Assembly: GCA_963810055.1 (NCBI GenBank)
Contig: CAWEME010000008.1
Span: forward strand, 174,124-198,123
DNA: 24,000 nucleotides
Reading direction: 5' to 3'
Source: an uncultured Alphaproteobacteria bacterium
GTDB taxonomy: Bacteria > Pseudomonadota > Alphaproteobacteria > ATCC43930 > CGMCC-115725
The notes beneath the pieces are model-generated. The model saw only the letters and a list, made by a program, of their open reading frames with translations. It was not told the origin of the DNA and made no database searches. Positions 5,876-14,319 of the stretch are shown here, in pieces. Every line of letters starts with the position of its first letter. The first letter of the stretch is position 1. The translations under genes and the position numbers were made by a program.

Positions 5876-7390
5876 GTGGAAATGGGCGGCACGGGCATCG
5901 AACAGAGAATGGCCATTCTCCGGAGCGCGGCCGATCAGCAGATCGTCAAGCCCTTTCGCACTCATGGGTGGGCGGCAGAGATTACTGAAGCTAAACAGGA
6001 CGGCGAATATCTCGTTATTAAGGCCGTAAAGGCCGACGTTACGCGATGTGTTGCGCTACTGTATTCCTCTGCCACCGATAACAAATATTACAAGAAACTT
6101 GATTCAGAAGTTGATCGTATATTCACTAACGGTGAATTGTATATGATTGAAAGCTTCGCTCACGGGTTGAAGAAGCCAGTTGTCCCTGTAGATCAATTTT
6201 TCCCCGTCCTCGTCGCATGGAATAAAGAATTACATCCTCAGACCAGGCGGCCTCCCGTGAAGCCGCGCCCATCAAGCATCCATTCAATCAAAGCCGAAAA
6301 TCCGCTTCTCAGCATTTGGAGTCGTCTCGACCAATTCGCAAGCACGCACTTAGCAGAGAAGCTCATTAGACGTCGCGCCAAAGAACAATCAATCGATATT
6401 TCTGACGAAAAAGTCACCAGTAAGGGGGCTGGCGTCGCGTTTGCACTTAGGAGTGCATCAGATTATTTCCGCTCAGTTCCGTTCGAGAGCCTGAATAAGA
6501 GAATTATTAGCATCTATTACGGCGGGCTTGTACTGTCCTTCGCAGAAATGCTTGCCTCTCCAACTGGTCCCGCCGATCTGGATGAGATTGAAGGGTACAC
6601 CAAGGTTGGGCATGGATTTTATACGTTCGGCACCGAGTCAAGAGGTTTCAGCGAACTCGTCGTGGGTGTCTTGGCAACGGGATTCCTACCGCGTTGGGCG
6701 GACTTTCTCGAACATGACGTACGTAGCTATCCAAAAGAGAAGGCAAAATCCGAAGAAGGGGTGTCAAAGCTTCCGCGCGATACATTCTGCACGCTCCGGA
6801 AGCTGCTATCCGCAGTTCCGGAGATTTCCGACCTATTCTCAGAAGCATTTGATAGTGAGCCATCTTGGATCATGCCGGTGCTGGACGTGGAAGCAAACAG
6901 TCCACGCTCGTTTATCCGCCAACCGGTGCTGAACAGTACTTACATCAAGCTCATAGATCGGTCGGGTCAGATCGCACAGACAAGACTTGAAAGCGCTGGA
7001 TGGCCCATTGCCGAGATTTCACAGGACAGTGATAGGCGAAATGGCCAAATATTCCGCGCACGTGTAGATCATCCGGAAAGCAATCACTGGTCTGAAGCTC
7101 TACCGATTCATCGTAGCCCATTTGAAAATAGCGGTGCATTGATATTGCCTCCCTTGAGTGATTTGTACGAATACCGTGTCGTCGCCATGGCCGTACTCTA
7201 TGCTTTGTCGATCTTGGTTCGTTATATGCCGCGCACATGGAGGCGTGTGGAGGGCGGAGACCTCGATCAACATCTTGCGCTTGTCAAAACGACGATCGGG
7301 GTGTTCGAGCGCATCCTTCCTCAGGAATTCCTAGAAGCGATCACCGGAGAGCGCGTTATCGCGACCCAACCCGGAGGGCTTTTCAACTGA
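5876..7390 (+). CDS. hypothetical 504-aa protein (possibly YaaC-like C-terminal region)
   Basis: Long ORF beginning 13 nt after the previous stop (GTG 5876 or ATG 5882). The C-terminal YRVVAMAVLYALSILVRYMPRTWRRVEGGD recalls the ...LS.L.RY.P..W... segment of YaaC-family proteins. This comes from memory only and was not verified. Confidence 0.7.
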   Translation: MEMGGTGIEQRMAILRSAADQQIVKPFRTHGWAAEITEAKQDGEYLVIKAVKADVTRCVALLYSSATDNKYYKKLDSEVDRIFTNGELYMIESFAHGLKKPVVPVDQFFPVLVAWNKELHPQTRRPPVKPRPSSIHSIKAENPLLSIWSRLDQFASTHLAEKLIRRRAKEQSIDISDEKVTSKGAGVAFALRSASDYFRSVPFESLNKRIISIYYGGLVLSFAEMLASPTGPADLDEIEGYTKVGHGFYTFGTESRGFSELVVGVLATGFLPRWADFLEHDVRSYPKEKAKSEEGVSKLPRDTFCTLRKLLSAVPEISDLFSEAFDSEPSWIMPVLDVEANSPRSFIRQPVLNSTYIKLIDRSGQIAQTRLESAGWPIAEISQDSDRRNGQIFRARVDHPESNHWSEALPIHRSPFENSGALILPPLSDLYEYRVVAMAVLYALSILVRYMPRTWRRVEGGDLDQHLALVKTTIGVFERILPQEFLEAITGERVIATQPGGLFN

Positions 7391-7454
7391 GGGGGGTCGC
7401 ATAGCCGGTGCGGGAGATCGCCGACTGCTACAACGTCGGCCCCAGGCTTGAGTC

Positions 7455-7898
7455 ATGACCGATACGCGCACCCCCGAGCAGCGCCGTGCCATCATGCAGG
7501 CAGTGCGAGGGAAAGACACCGGCCCCGAGATGATCGTGCGGCGACTCGTCCACGGTATGGGTTACCGCTATCGCCTTCACGTTGCTGGCTTGCCTGGCCG
7601 ACCCGACCTCGTGTTCCCGAGTCGCCGCAAAGTGGTATTCGTGCATGGGTGCTTTTGGCACGGCCACGGATGCCGCTATGGACAGCTCCCCAAGTCCAGG
7701 CTTAACTTCTGGACGGCCAAAATCGGGCGCAATCGGCGCCGCGACCGCACCCTTGTAACCGCCCTCAAAAAACAAGGCTGGGCCGTCCTCATCGTCTGGC
7801 AATGCAAGACGCGGCAACTCGATCAACTCGGACCTTTACGGCAACAACTCGCAAAATTCTTGTCCGTTTCCCCACAATCCCGATCTACATCCGCCTAG
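7455..7898 (+). CDS. vsr: very-short-patch repair endonuclease (Vsr)
   Basis: RRAIMQAVRGKDTGPEMIVRRLVHGMGYRYRLH...LPGRPDLVFPSRRKVVFVHGCFWHGH...NFWTAKIGRNRRRD matches the Vsr family signatures (PE..R, DhVF, FV.GCFWH.H, FW..K...N..RD). It lies immediately upstream of a C5-MTase. Confidence 0.9.
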   Translation: MTDTRTPEQRRAIMQAVRGKDTGPEMIVRRLVHGMGYRYRLHVAGLPGRPDLVFPSRRKVVFVHGCFWHGHGCRYGQLPKSRLNFWTAKIGRNRRRDRTLVTALKKQGWAVLIVWQCKTRQLDQLGPLRQQLAKFLSVSPQSRSTSA

Positions 7899-7937
7899 CT
7901 ATCCGTTAGGATTCCCGAATCAGTGAGGATGGGCTGG

Positions 7938-9275
7938 ATGACCAAGCGACCGATCGGGATCGATCTTTTTGCCGGAGCGGGAGGAATGAGCCTCGGCTTC
8001 GAGCAGGCGGGTTTCGACGTGGTTGCCGCCGTCGAGATCGATCCCGTGCATTGCGCTGTCCACAAATTCAATTTTCCCAAAACGGCCGTGCTGCCCCGAT
8101 CGGTAGTCGGCCTGAAAGCCGCCGACATCCGCATTGCGGCTGGCATCGGTCGAAGCCCGATCGATTGCGTATTCGGCGGGCCCCCCTGTCAAGGATTCTC
8201 GTTGATCGGCCATCGCGCGCTCGAAGACCCGCGCAACAGCCTTGTGCTCGAATTCGTGCGCCTGGTAGCTGAACTCGACGCCCGCACCTTCGTATTCGAG
8301 AATGTCAAAGGACTTACCTTAGGGAAACACAAACCGTTCTTAGACGAGCTGGTCGCCGCCTTCCATCGAGCCGGTTACACAGTGCGGTTGCCGTGGCACG
8401 TTTTGAATGCCGATCGCTACGCCGTTCCGCAGCACCGCGAGCGATTGATCCTGTTCGGCGCAAAAAAGGGCGAGAATATTCCGAACTACCCCGTTCCTCT
8501 CGTGAATCCGATTGACGATCGGAAATCTATCCCCGGCTTGCCGATCGGTCCGAGTTGCATTGCGGCGCTAGCCGATCTTCCCGACGCCGATCGCTTCGAC
8601 ACGCTTATCGAAACGGACGCCGTTCGCACGACTTCATTCCGCACGCCGTCACCCTACGCCGCCGAATTTAGGTGCCTTACGAACGATGCGTGGCACCGTG
8701 GTTACGTTAGAAATTGGAATCCAGCCGTTTTGACTTCCAGCGCCCGCACGAGCCACACCGCCATTTCGCGCCGTCGATTCGAAGAAACGACGCCCGGCAA
8801 GGTCGAGCCTATCAGCCGCTTTTTCAAACTTTCGCCCGGCGGCTTGTCGAACACTTTACGCGCTGGAACCGACGGAGCGCGCGGCGCGTTCACCAGCCCG
8901 CGCCCCATCCATTACAAATACCCCCGTTGCATCACCGTGCGCGAAATGGCCCGGCTCCATGGCTTTCCCGATTGGTTCAGATTCCACGCGACCAAATGGC
9001 ACGGCGCGCGACAGATCGGCAATGCCGTTCCGCCGCCACTCGCAAGAGCGATCGCCGGCGCCGTCGCAAAGGCGCTGCGAATCCGCCCGTCGCGTCCCTC
9101 TCGTGTCGTCGATCTTGGGGATGTGGCCTTGCTGTATATGGAAATGTCAGCGGCGGCAGAGCACTTCGGCGTCGAACCTCCGAACGGCCGCCGTGATCGC
9201 AAAAGCGGTGCGCGCAAGCGCAAACAGCACGAGATCGAGGAAACGCGCCGCCGCTTGAGGATCGTCTATGCCTAA
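7938..9275 (+). CDS. dcm: DNA (cytosine-5)-methyltransferase
   Basis: Motif I IDLFAGAGGMSLGF, motif IV GGPPCQGFS, motif VI FVFENVKGL, motif VIII QHRERLILFG, motif IX ITVREMARLHGFPDWFRF, motif X RQIGNAVPPPLA. The ORF opens at GTG 7923; ATG 7938, preceded by GAGGA, is the preferred start. Confidence 0.95.
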   Translation: MTKRPIGIDLFAGAGGMSLGFEQAGFDVVAAVEIDPVHCAVHKFNFPKTAVLPRSVVGLKAADIRIAAGIGRSPIDCVFGGPPCQGFSLIGHRALEDPRNSLVLEFVRLVAELDARTFVFENVKGLTLGKHKPFLDELVAAFHRAGYTVRLPWHVLNADRYAVPQHRERLILFGAKKGENIPNYPVPLVNPIDDRKSIPGLPIGPSCIAALADLPDADRFDTLIETDAVRTTSFRTPSPYAAEFRCLTNDAWHRGYVRNWNPAVLTSSARTSHTAISRRRFEETTPGKVEPISRFFKLSPGGLSNTLRAGTDGARGAFTSPRPIHYKYPRCITVREMARLHGFPDWFRFHATKWHGARQIGNAVPPPLARAIAGAVAKALRIRPSRPSRVVDLGDVALLYMEMSAAAEHFGVEPPNGRRDRKSGARKRKQHEIEETRRRLRIVYA

Positions 9276-10080
9276 GAAACCACACGCCCTCAATCGCTAC
9301 GAGTCTCTTATCGAGAAGATATTTTTCGACCATTACAAGAAAGGCGCCACCCAATTCGAATTCGATCGAGAGGAGCTGATCGCCGCCGCTGCTGCATTGG
9401 GCTTCGATACCGTCAAGAATGTCGGCGATGTGATCTACACCTTTCGTTATCGGAAAAGTCTTCCCGACAAGATTCTTGCCACTCAACCGGAAAACAAGCA
9501 CTGGCTCATTCTCGGCGCCGGCGATGCGCGCTACCGATTCCGTCTCAGCAACCTCGCCTATATTCACCCGACGCAAGGGCTGATCGTTCGCAAAATTCCG
9601 GACTCAACGCCGGAAATCATCGAGCGTTACGCCTTCACGGACGAACAGGCGTTGCTAGCAAAGATTCGTTACAATCGCCTGATCGACATTTTTCTTGGGA
9701 TCACGGCGTATTCTCTCCAAAACCATCTTCGCACCAACATCGCCAATTACGGACAAATCGAGATTGACGAACTTTATGTCGGGGTAGACGCACGCGCCGC
9801 TCAGTACGTTGTGCCGGTTCAGGCCAAGGGCGGTAAAGATGTGATCGGCGTTATCCAAACGATCCAAGATACCGTTTTTTGCGAGGCCGAAACCCGTTAC
9901 GCTAACTCTATCCCGCGTCCCGTGTCCGCTCAATTCATGGAGAACGATACTATTGCCCTGTTCGAATTGCATTTCGACGGCGACGACGTTTCGATCATTC
10001 AAGAGCGCCATTACAGGCTCACGGAATCCAAGGACATCACCGGCAAAGACCTAAAGGCGTATCGCAAGAATAAGGTCTAA
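9268..10080 (+). CDS. putative type II restriction endonuclease (cognate to the C5-MTase)
   Basis: The start overlaps the MTase stop by 8 nt (ATGCCTAA), implying translational coupling. EIDELYVGVD...YVVPVQAKGGKD fits a PD-(D/E)xK D...QxK core. Specificity is unknown. Confidence 0.6.
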   Translation: MPKKPHALNRYESLIEKIFFDHYKKGATQFEFDREELIAAAAALGFDTVKNVGDVIYTFRYRKSLPDKILATQPENKHWLILGAGDARYRFRLSNLAYIHPTQGLIVRKIPDSTPEIIERYAFTDEQALLAKIRYNRLIDIFLGITAYSLQNHLRTNIANYGQIEIDELYVGVDARAAQYVVPVQAKGGKDVIGVIQTIQDTVFCEAETRYANSIPRPVSAQFMENDTIALFELHFDGDDVSIIQERHYRLTESKDITGKDLKAYRKNKV

Positions 10081-10164
10081 CTCGGTCGCGCCCCCTTGAT
10101 CGAGTGCCCGGAGCGTACCGCGCTGGGCGGGCGCAGCCTTATCCCATCGAGAGGAAACCCTTTT

Positions 10165-10353
10165 CTAAAGCATGATCTTGGCGCGCCGCGTTTCGGCGCG
10201 GCCAGACTCTACACGCCCGCCGGTTAGGAGTAAGCCGACACCAAAGATCGACAAAGCGCCCTGGAATCCGACCACAATAAAAAGCCCCAGCATGGCGAAC
10301 GGGAAGAATCCGATGCGCCAGATGAGATGAAGGGCGTAATCAACGGTTCTCAT
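10165..10353 (-). CDS. small hydrophobic membrane protein (62 aa), paralog of 1919-2077
   Basis: MRTVDYALHLIWRIGFFPFAMLGLFIVVGFQGALSIFGVGLLL... About 160 bp, including the GGAGG RBS, is roughly 85-90 percent identical to 1885-2045 in inverted orientation. Confidence 0.65.
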   Translation of the reverse strand: MRTVDYALHLIWRIGFFPFAMLGLFIVVGFQGALSIFGVGLLLTGGRVESGRAETRRAKIML

Positions 10354-10462
10354 TTATGGCCTCCGTTTTTCTCACATCAAAAACGCGACGGTCGATATTA
10401 TCACCAAAGATTTCATGGGCCGGTTTCCATGATATAAAAATTTGAACCCCATTTATTCGGCA

Positions 10463-11503
10463 TCATATCATTTTGGATACGTGTTTTCGCGGTTTCTCCG
10501 GCTTCCCGGTTTTGAAATTCCTTGGCCACTGTAACAGAATTGCCGCGTCTCTCGGTTCCACCGGGGAATCCAATTCGAATTCAGGCTTTCGGGAGGCATT
10601 CACGGTCTTTTCGTATATCCAGAGCCATCGCTTTGAGAGCCCGTAAAAGTCTCGCAGATGTTCGGGGAATTCTGTTAGCGGGGTATCGATGGCACTGCTT
10701 TCTTTGGTTTCGCGCCGATTGGGGGGAAGGCCGAGGCATTGGAGCACCAAATTGTCGTATATTCCGGCGAGTTCCTGTTTTCGCGCGGTTTTGAACGGTA
10801 TTCCATGCCGCCAGGCCTCGTCCGCCGCCGTCGCCAAAAGCATTTGAATGGCATTTCGGACGGTTTCCCTGGCATTTGGGATTTCGAGCCTGGGGGAAAG
10901 CAATTCGACGGCCCGCTGAATAACCGTTTCCCTGAATTCAAAATAGGGTTTCGCCCCGGCGGGCTTGCTCATCGCAATTCGAATGGCCAATTCGGTCACG
11001 CCTAGGGTGGAGCCGCTCATGGTACTGGCGATAACCTCATCCACCAGCCGGTGGACAATCGCTTGAGGAGTCGCATCTTTCCAGGATTCGGGGTCCATCG
11101 CCCGGTTGAAAGCCCTGGTCATCTCCCGAAAGGCCACAAGCACCAGGGCATATTCGAAGGCCCGTTTGCTCGGGAACCTTCGATAAAATGTATCGGGCGT
11201 ACTGCCGGAATCCCGGCAGATCATCGCGACCGAGACTTTCTTGAAATCCTCCCAGGCGAGCCGCTGGACGGCGAAATTGAAGAAGATCATGGTCAGACCG
11301 TGCCTGCCGCCATGACCCGTCACACGCTGTTCCCGGTGCCGCTTTCCCCGCCATGCTGGCGCACCGGGGTTGTGCTTCCTCTCCTCCATGCGAAGTTTGA
11401 ATATTGCCTTCCTCGCCGCCTTCTTGCGATCTTCGACCGTTGTCTCCACCTTCGTCCTCTTCACCCGGCGCTTCGCCGGAAAGACCCCGGAAAATTGCCC
11501 CAT
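10463..11503 (-). CDS. TetR-like HTH regulator with about 70 aa of highly basic N-terminal extension
   Basis: WEDFKKVSVAMICRDSGSTPDTFYRRFPSKRAFEYAL matches the TetR N-terminal HTH pattern (..tv..Ia..aGvs.gtfYrhF.sKeaL). It is preceded by the Lys/Arg-rich KRRVKRTKVETTVEDRKKAARKAIFKLRMEERK. Confidence 0.65.
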   Translation of the reverse strand: MGQFSGVFPAKRRVKRTKVETTVEDRKKAARKAIFKLRMEERKHNPGAPAWRGKRHREQRVTGHGGRHGLTMIFFNFAVQRLAWEDFKKVSVAMICRDSGSTPDTFYRRFPSKRAFEYALVLVAFREMTRAFNRAMDPESWKDATPQAIVHRLVDEVIASTMSGSTLGVTELAIRIAMSKPAGAKPYFEFRETVIQRAVELLSPRLEIPNARETVRNAIQMLLATAADEAWRHGIPFKTARKQELAGIYDNLVLQCLGLPPNRRETKESSAIDTPLTEFPEHLRDFYGLSKRWLWIYEKTVNASRKPEFELDSPVEPRDAAILLQWPRNFKTGKPEKPRKHVSKMI

Positions 11504-11513
11504 TTACCCCTCC

Positions 11514-11744
11514 TTACCCGGAATCTTGATTCTGCTTTTGGACGATCGAAAACGAGCGATTTCCGGCCAAATTTCGAGAAAGGATTTCAGAATCTATATC
11601 TGAATTAAAAAGTATAAAGTTGGGGAGGGAATCGTCTTCCATGATTACGAATGCGTACTTCTTTTCGGTATCAAATCCATTTGTATATGTGATTTCGAAA
11701 TGGCCTTGCCTGTTTCCTCGATTGCGACTTTCTTTTTTTCTCAA
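11514..11744 (-). CDS. hypothetical small protein (76 aa), AT-rich codon usage
   Basis: The ORF ends 10 nt before the TetR-like start on the same strand. Local composition is clearly more AT-rich than its neighbours. No motif was recognised. Confidence 0.4.
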   Translation of the reverse strand: MRKKESRNRGNRQGHFEITYTNGFDTEKKYAFVIMEDDSLPNFILFNSDIDSEILSRNLAGNRSFSIVQKQNQDSG

Positions 11745-11867
11745 AGAAAATAGCGGCCTTTTGCGGGTCTATCCCGGGCCTTGGCTTGCGCGGCGAATTG
11801 ACGGAAGATTTCCGAGATCGTCTGCGTCGTGGACGGTTGTGAATTGATGCAGAAGGCCGCTTGATAT

Positions 11868-12161
11868 TCATTGCCGCTCCTTTATGTTAGGCGTCCTGTC
11901 GGAGCCCGGCTGACCACCAGAAGGCCCTGACTCAGAGGTGCTCGACCTGAGATGCTCCTCAATCCATGCGAGGAGGTCTCTGCGACGATATCGGATGGAA
12001 CGAGATGAGACTTTCACGAAGCGTGGACCGCCACCCCGAATGCGCCAATTTTGAAGAGCGCGAACGGTGTAACCCAGAAACGCAGCCGCTTGGCGTTCAT
12101 CGACAAGCCGATCTAGCTCGGGATCGAAACCAGGCTTTGGAGAAGGTGGAGACATGTCCAT
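11868..12161 (-). CDS. AlpA/excisionase-family helix-turn-helix protein (putative Xis/regulator of GI-1)
   Basis: LVDERQAAAFLGYTVRALQNWRIRGGGPRFVKVSSRSIRYRRRDLLAWIEEH is the typical AlpA/MerR-type excisionase HTH pattern (aa.yLg.s..tl..w...g.gP.f.k.g.r.vrY...dL..W). Confidence 0.75.
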   Translation of the reverse strand: MDMSPPSPKPGFDPELDRLVDERQAAAFLGYTVRALQNWRIRGGGPRFVKVSSRSIRYRRRDLLAWIEEHLRSSTSESGPSGGQPGSDRTPNIKERQ

Positions 12162-12246
12162 CGCTCAAACCTCGTCACTTGCGATGGTCTCTTAAATAAT
12201 CCTAATCGGATCAATAGTCCCATATGGCAATCGGCAAGAACCCGCC

Positions 12247-13014
12247 TCAGTTTTGTGCACGGTTGTTGCGAGGGGAGCGGTTACGGCGTCCCTGTGCATC
12301 GAAATGGCTAGACCCGATCACCTTCCGCATGGCGGTGACGAGCTCAGCGGCCCGTAAAGTCGGGTCCAGGGGCGTCAGCGCGGCCCAGCAAAATTCATAG
12401 GCTCGCGATTTCTTAATATTGCCATAGGCGGAGTACGTGAACGGCCTGCCTAAAGTCACTTCCCAAAAATGCTGTGCATTGAACACCCATGTCCAAAGGC
12501 CTAAATCGAGCGGATGGCCGCTCTTCTTTCGTTGCTTGAGAGCATACTGCGCCAAATTCCGCAGGATTTTGACGGCCTCAAGAATCTGGCGCTCTTTCAG
12601 GAAACTGACCGTTTCCGTGTTGGGTTCATTTCGATATCGGATAATGGTGTGACCAATAGGAGTTTTTTCATTTTTATCATCATCTAAATCAACGAATTCA
12701 TTTTCGAACGGCCGTATTCGAAGATGCCGTTGTTCCCACCAAAGAAACTCTGACGCTGAATCGCTTAGGGACGCGAGTTTCGTATCCAATTTATCAGCCG
12801 CTTTTTGAATGCTGCGAATCTCATTGCGAATTTTACGGGATGACTTTTTGCCAGCAATATCGTTCTTGAAATCTCGGTAGTGTATGGCTCCGAGGTGCAG
12901 AAATTTTCGCAGCGATCGGACGTGGCCCGGGTCTTGAATATCAAAATATCGTGCCAATTCCCGAACCATGGCTGGCGGGTAGCATTTCAAATTGGCACGG
13001 TAATTTGGTGTCAT
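12247..13014 (-). CDS. hypothetical protein (255 aa)
   Basis: Long ORF with no competing overlap except the upstream extension of the + ORF. No motif was recognised. Confidence 0.55.
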   Translation of the reverse strand: MTPNYRANLKCYPPAMVRELARYFDIQDPGHVRSLRKFLHLGAIHYRDFKNDIAGKKSSRKIRNEIRSIQKAADKLDTKLASLSDSASEFLWWEQRHLRIRPFENEFVDLDDDKNEKTPIGHTIIRYRNEPNTETVSFLKERQILEAVKILRNLAQYALKQRKKSGHPLDLGLWTWVFNAQHFWEVTLGRPFTYSAYGNIKKSRAYEFCWAALTPLDPTLRAAELVTAMRKVIGSSHFDAQGRRNRSPRNNRAQN

Positions 13015-13076
13015 CGCCGTATTTCGATCATTCCCTTTTCGAATTTCTCGGAAAGACGCCTACGAGAATGATTATA

Positions 13077-13820
13077 ATGGCCAATAAATCGGAAAAGGAG
13101 TCCGCTATGCTAGGAAAAGAAGCAGTAGAGTCAGCGATTGGTGTTCTTGAGGGCGCCTCGGCCACCATCGACACATGGCTTCTGATCTTCACATTCATTG
13201 TGGCGGTCGGCGTGGTTGGAGAGGCAGTATTTGGCGTTGCCCACTTGATTAACGCCCATAAGTTACAACCACTTCGTGAACGGCAAGCCCAATTAAATGC
13301 GTTGGAACTTTCTGGACTAAATAGCAAAATAGCCGACGCAAATGAGCGCGCCGCCGAGGCCAATCGGAAAGCCGCTGAAGCGGCTTTAGCATTAGAGAAA
13401 TACAAAGCGGCACGGGTAATCAAACCAGGTGGCCTAGCTCGCATAACCGCAGCGCTGTCACCGTTTGCCAAAACAGAATTTGATGTTGCCGTTGGTCCAA
13501 TGGGCGATCCTGAGCCAGAACTTTTGGCAACCGCTATTACCTCTGCTCTCACAAACGCCGGATGGCTCCAAATTGCCTGGAAAACATCGGATGCCCAACT
13601 AACGCTTGAGAAACCGGGCAAACCAACTTTTGGCTTTGCAGCAGTCACAAATGTGATTGTGGATATACACCCAGGGCAGGCGACGCGCCTCTGGCCGATT
13701 GCAAGAGCTGTCGCAGCGGCCCTAAACGCTGAGGGGATCGCCGCCGACGCCCAACAAGGCTCTGGCGGCAGAAACACGAACGAGAATGCGATCCATATAA
13801 TGATTGGCAGGAAAATGTGA
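13077..13820 (+). CDS. membrane-anchored coiled-coil protein, uncharacterised
   Basis: The ORF opens at 12951, but that stretch overlaps the divergent gene, so ATG 13068 or 13077 (MANKSEKES...) is the likely start. There is a TM helix WLLIFTFIVAVGVVGEAVFGV followed by the Ala/Glu/Lys-rich helix ANERAAEANRKAAEAALALEKYKAA. Confidence 0.6.
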   Translation: MANKSEKESAMLGKEAVESAIGVLEGASATIDTWLLIFTFIVAVGVVGEAVFGVAHLINAHKLQPLRERQAQLNALELSGLNSKIADANERAAEANRKAAEAALALEKYKAARVIKPGGLARITAALSPFAKTEFDVAVGPMGDPEPELLATAITSALTNAGWLQIAWKTSDAQLTLEKPGKPTFGFAAVTNVIVDIHPGQATRLWPIARAVAAALNAEGIAADAQQGSGGRNTNENAIHIMIGRKM

Positions 13821-13852
13821 GAGCATCGTCCGTCAAGTGCGGGATCATCGCC

Positions 13853-14170
13853 CTAATTTGACGGTTTAGGCGGTTTGCCACCCAGTTCGTGCCAGAATGC
13901 CCAAGCCGCGTTAACAACTTCCTCAAGGGGATGTTGCTGGCACCATTGGTAAACCCACGCCCTCATTCCTGCCCTGTCATAATGCCGTATCTGATCGGCG
14001 TTGAAGCTGTTGATGCCATTGACATAGCCCTCAATCCACTCTTCGTACCGCCAATAGTTCGCTGTTGCCTCCCACGCTTGAGCGCTCCCATTTTCTCCGC
14101 TTACGTAGGGCCGATAGGCATCAACAGCTTCCAGAAATTTTCCACATGACGCGGTGCCGGCTCCATACAA
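13853..14170 (-). CDS. hypothetical protein (105 aa), Trp/Tyr-rich
   Basis: ORF with a TTG start. Composition is sensible (WRYEEWIEGYVNGINSFN, WVYQWCQQHP). No family was recognised. Confidence 0.45.
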   Translation of the reverse strand: MYGAGTASCGKFLEAVDAYRPYVSGENGSAQAWEATANYWRYEEWIEGYVNGINSFNADQIRHYDRAGMRAWVYQWCQQHPLEEVVNAAWAFWHELGGKPPKPSN

Positions 14171-14319
14171 CGTGCCAGGAACCCCCCTGCGCGCTGACAG
14201 GAAGGACCATTGATCCGAATCCGATCCCGCAGAGTATCGCAGCCTTCAAAAGCAACGCTTTCAGGATTCCTCTCCTCGTGCTTTATGTTCCGCCACGATA
14301 ACCGAGAGGAGATCGCGCC

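Noticed and set aside
7428-7826. 132-aa minus-strand ORF antisense to vsr
   Set aside because: The + strand product carries the Vsr signatures, so this is a shadow frame.
8714-9576. ORFs 8714-9196 (+), 8959-9258 (+), 8912-9223 (-) and 8977-9576 (-) within the MTase/REase genes
   Set aside because: These are Arg/Ala/Pro-rich shadow frames of a clearly identified C5-MTase gene, and none has independent support.
13028-13777. 249-aa minus-strand ORF fully antisense to 13077-13820
   Set aside because: It has the Ala/Ser/Pro-rich low-complexity composition typical of the antisense frame of a GC-rich gene. The + strand product has a coherent TM helix and coiled-coil architecture.
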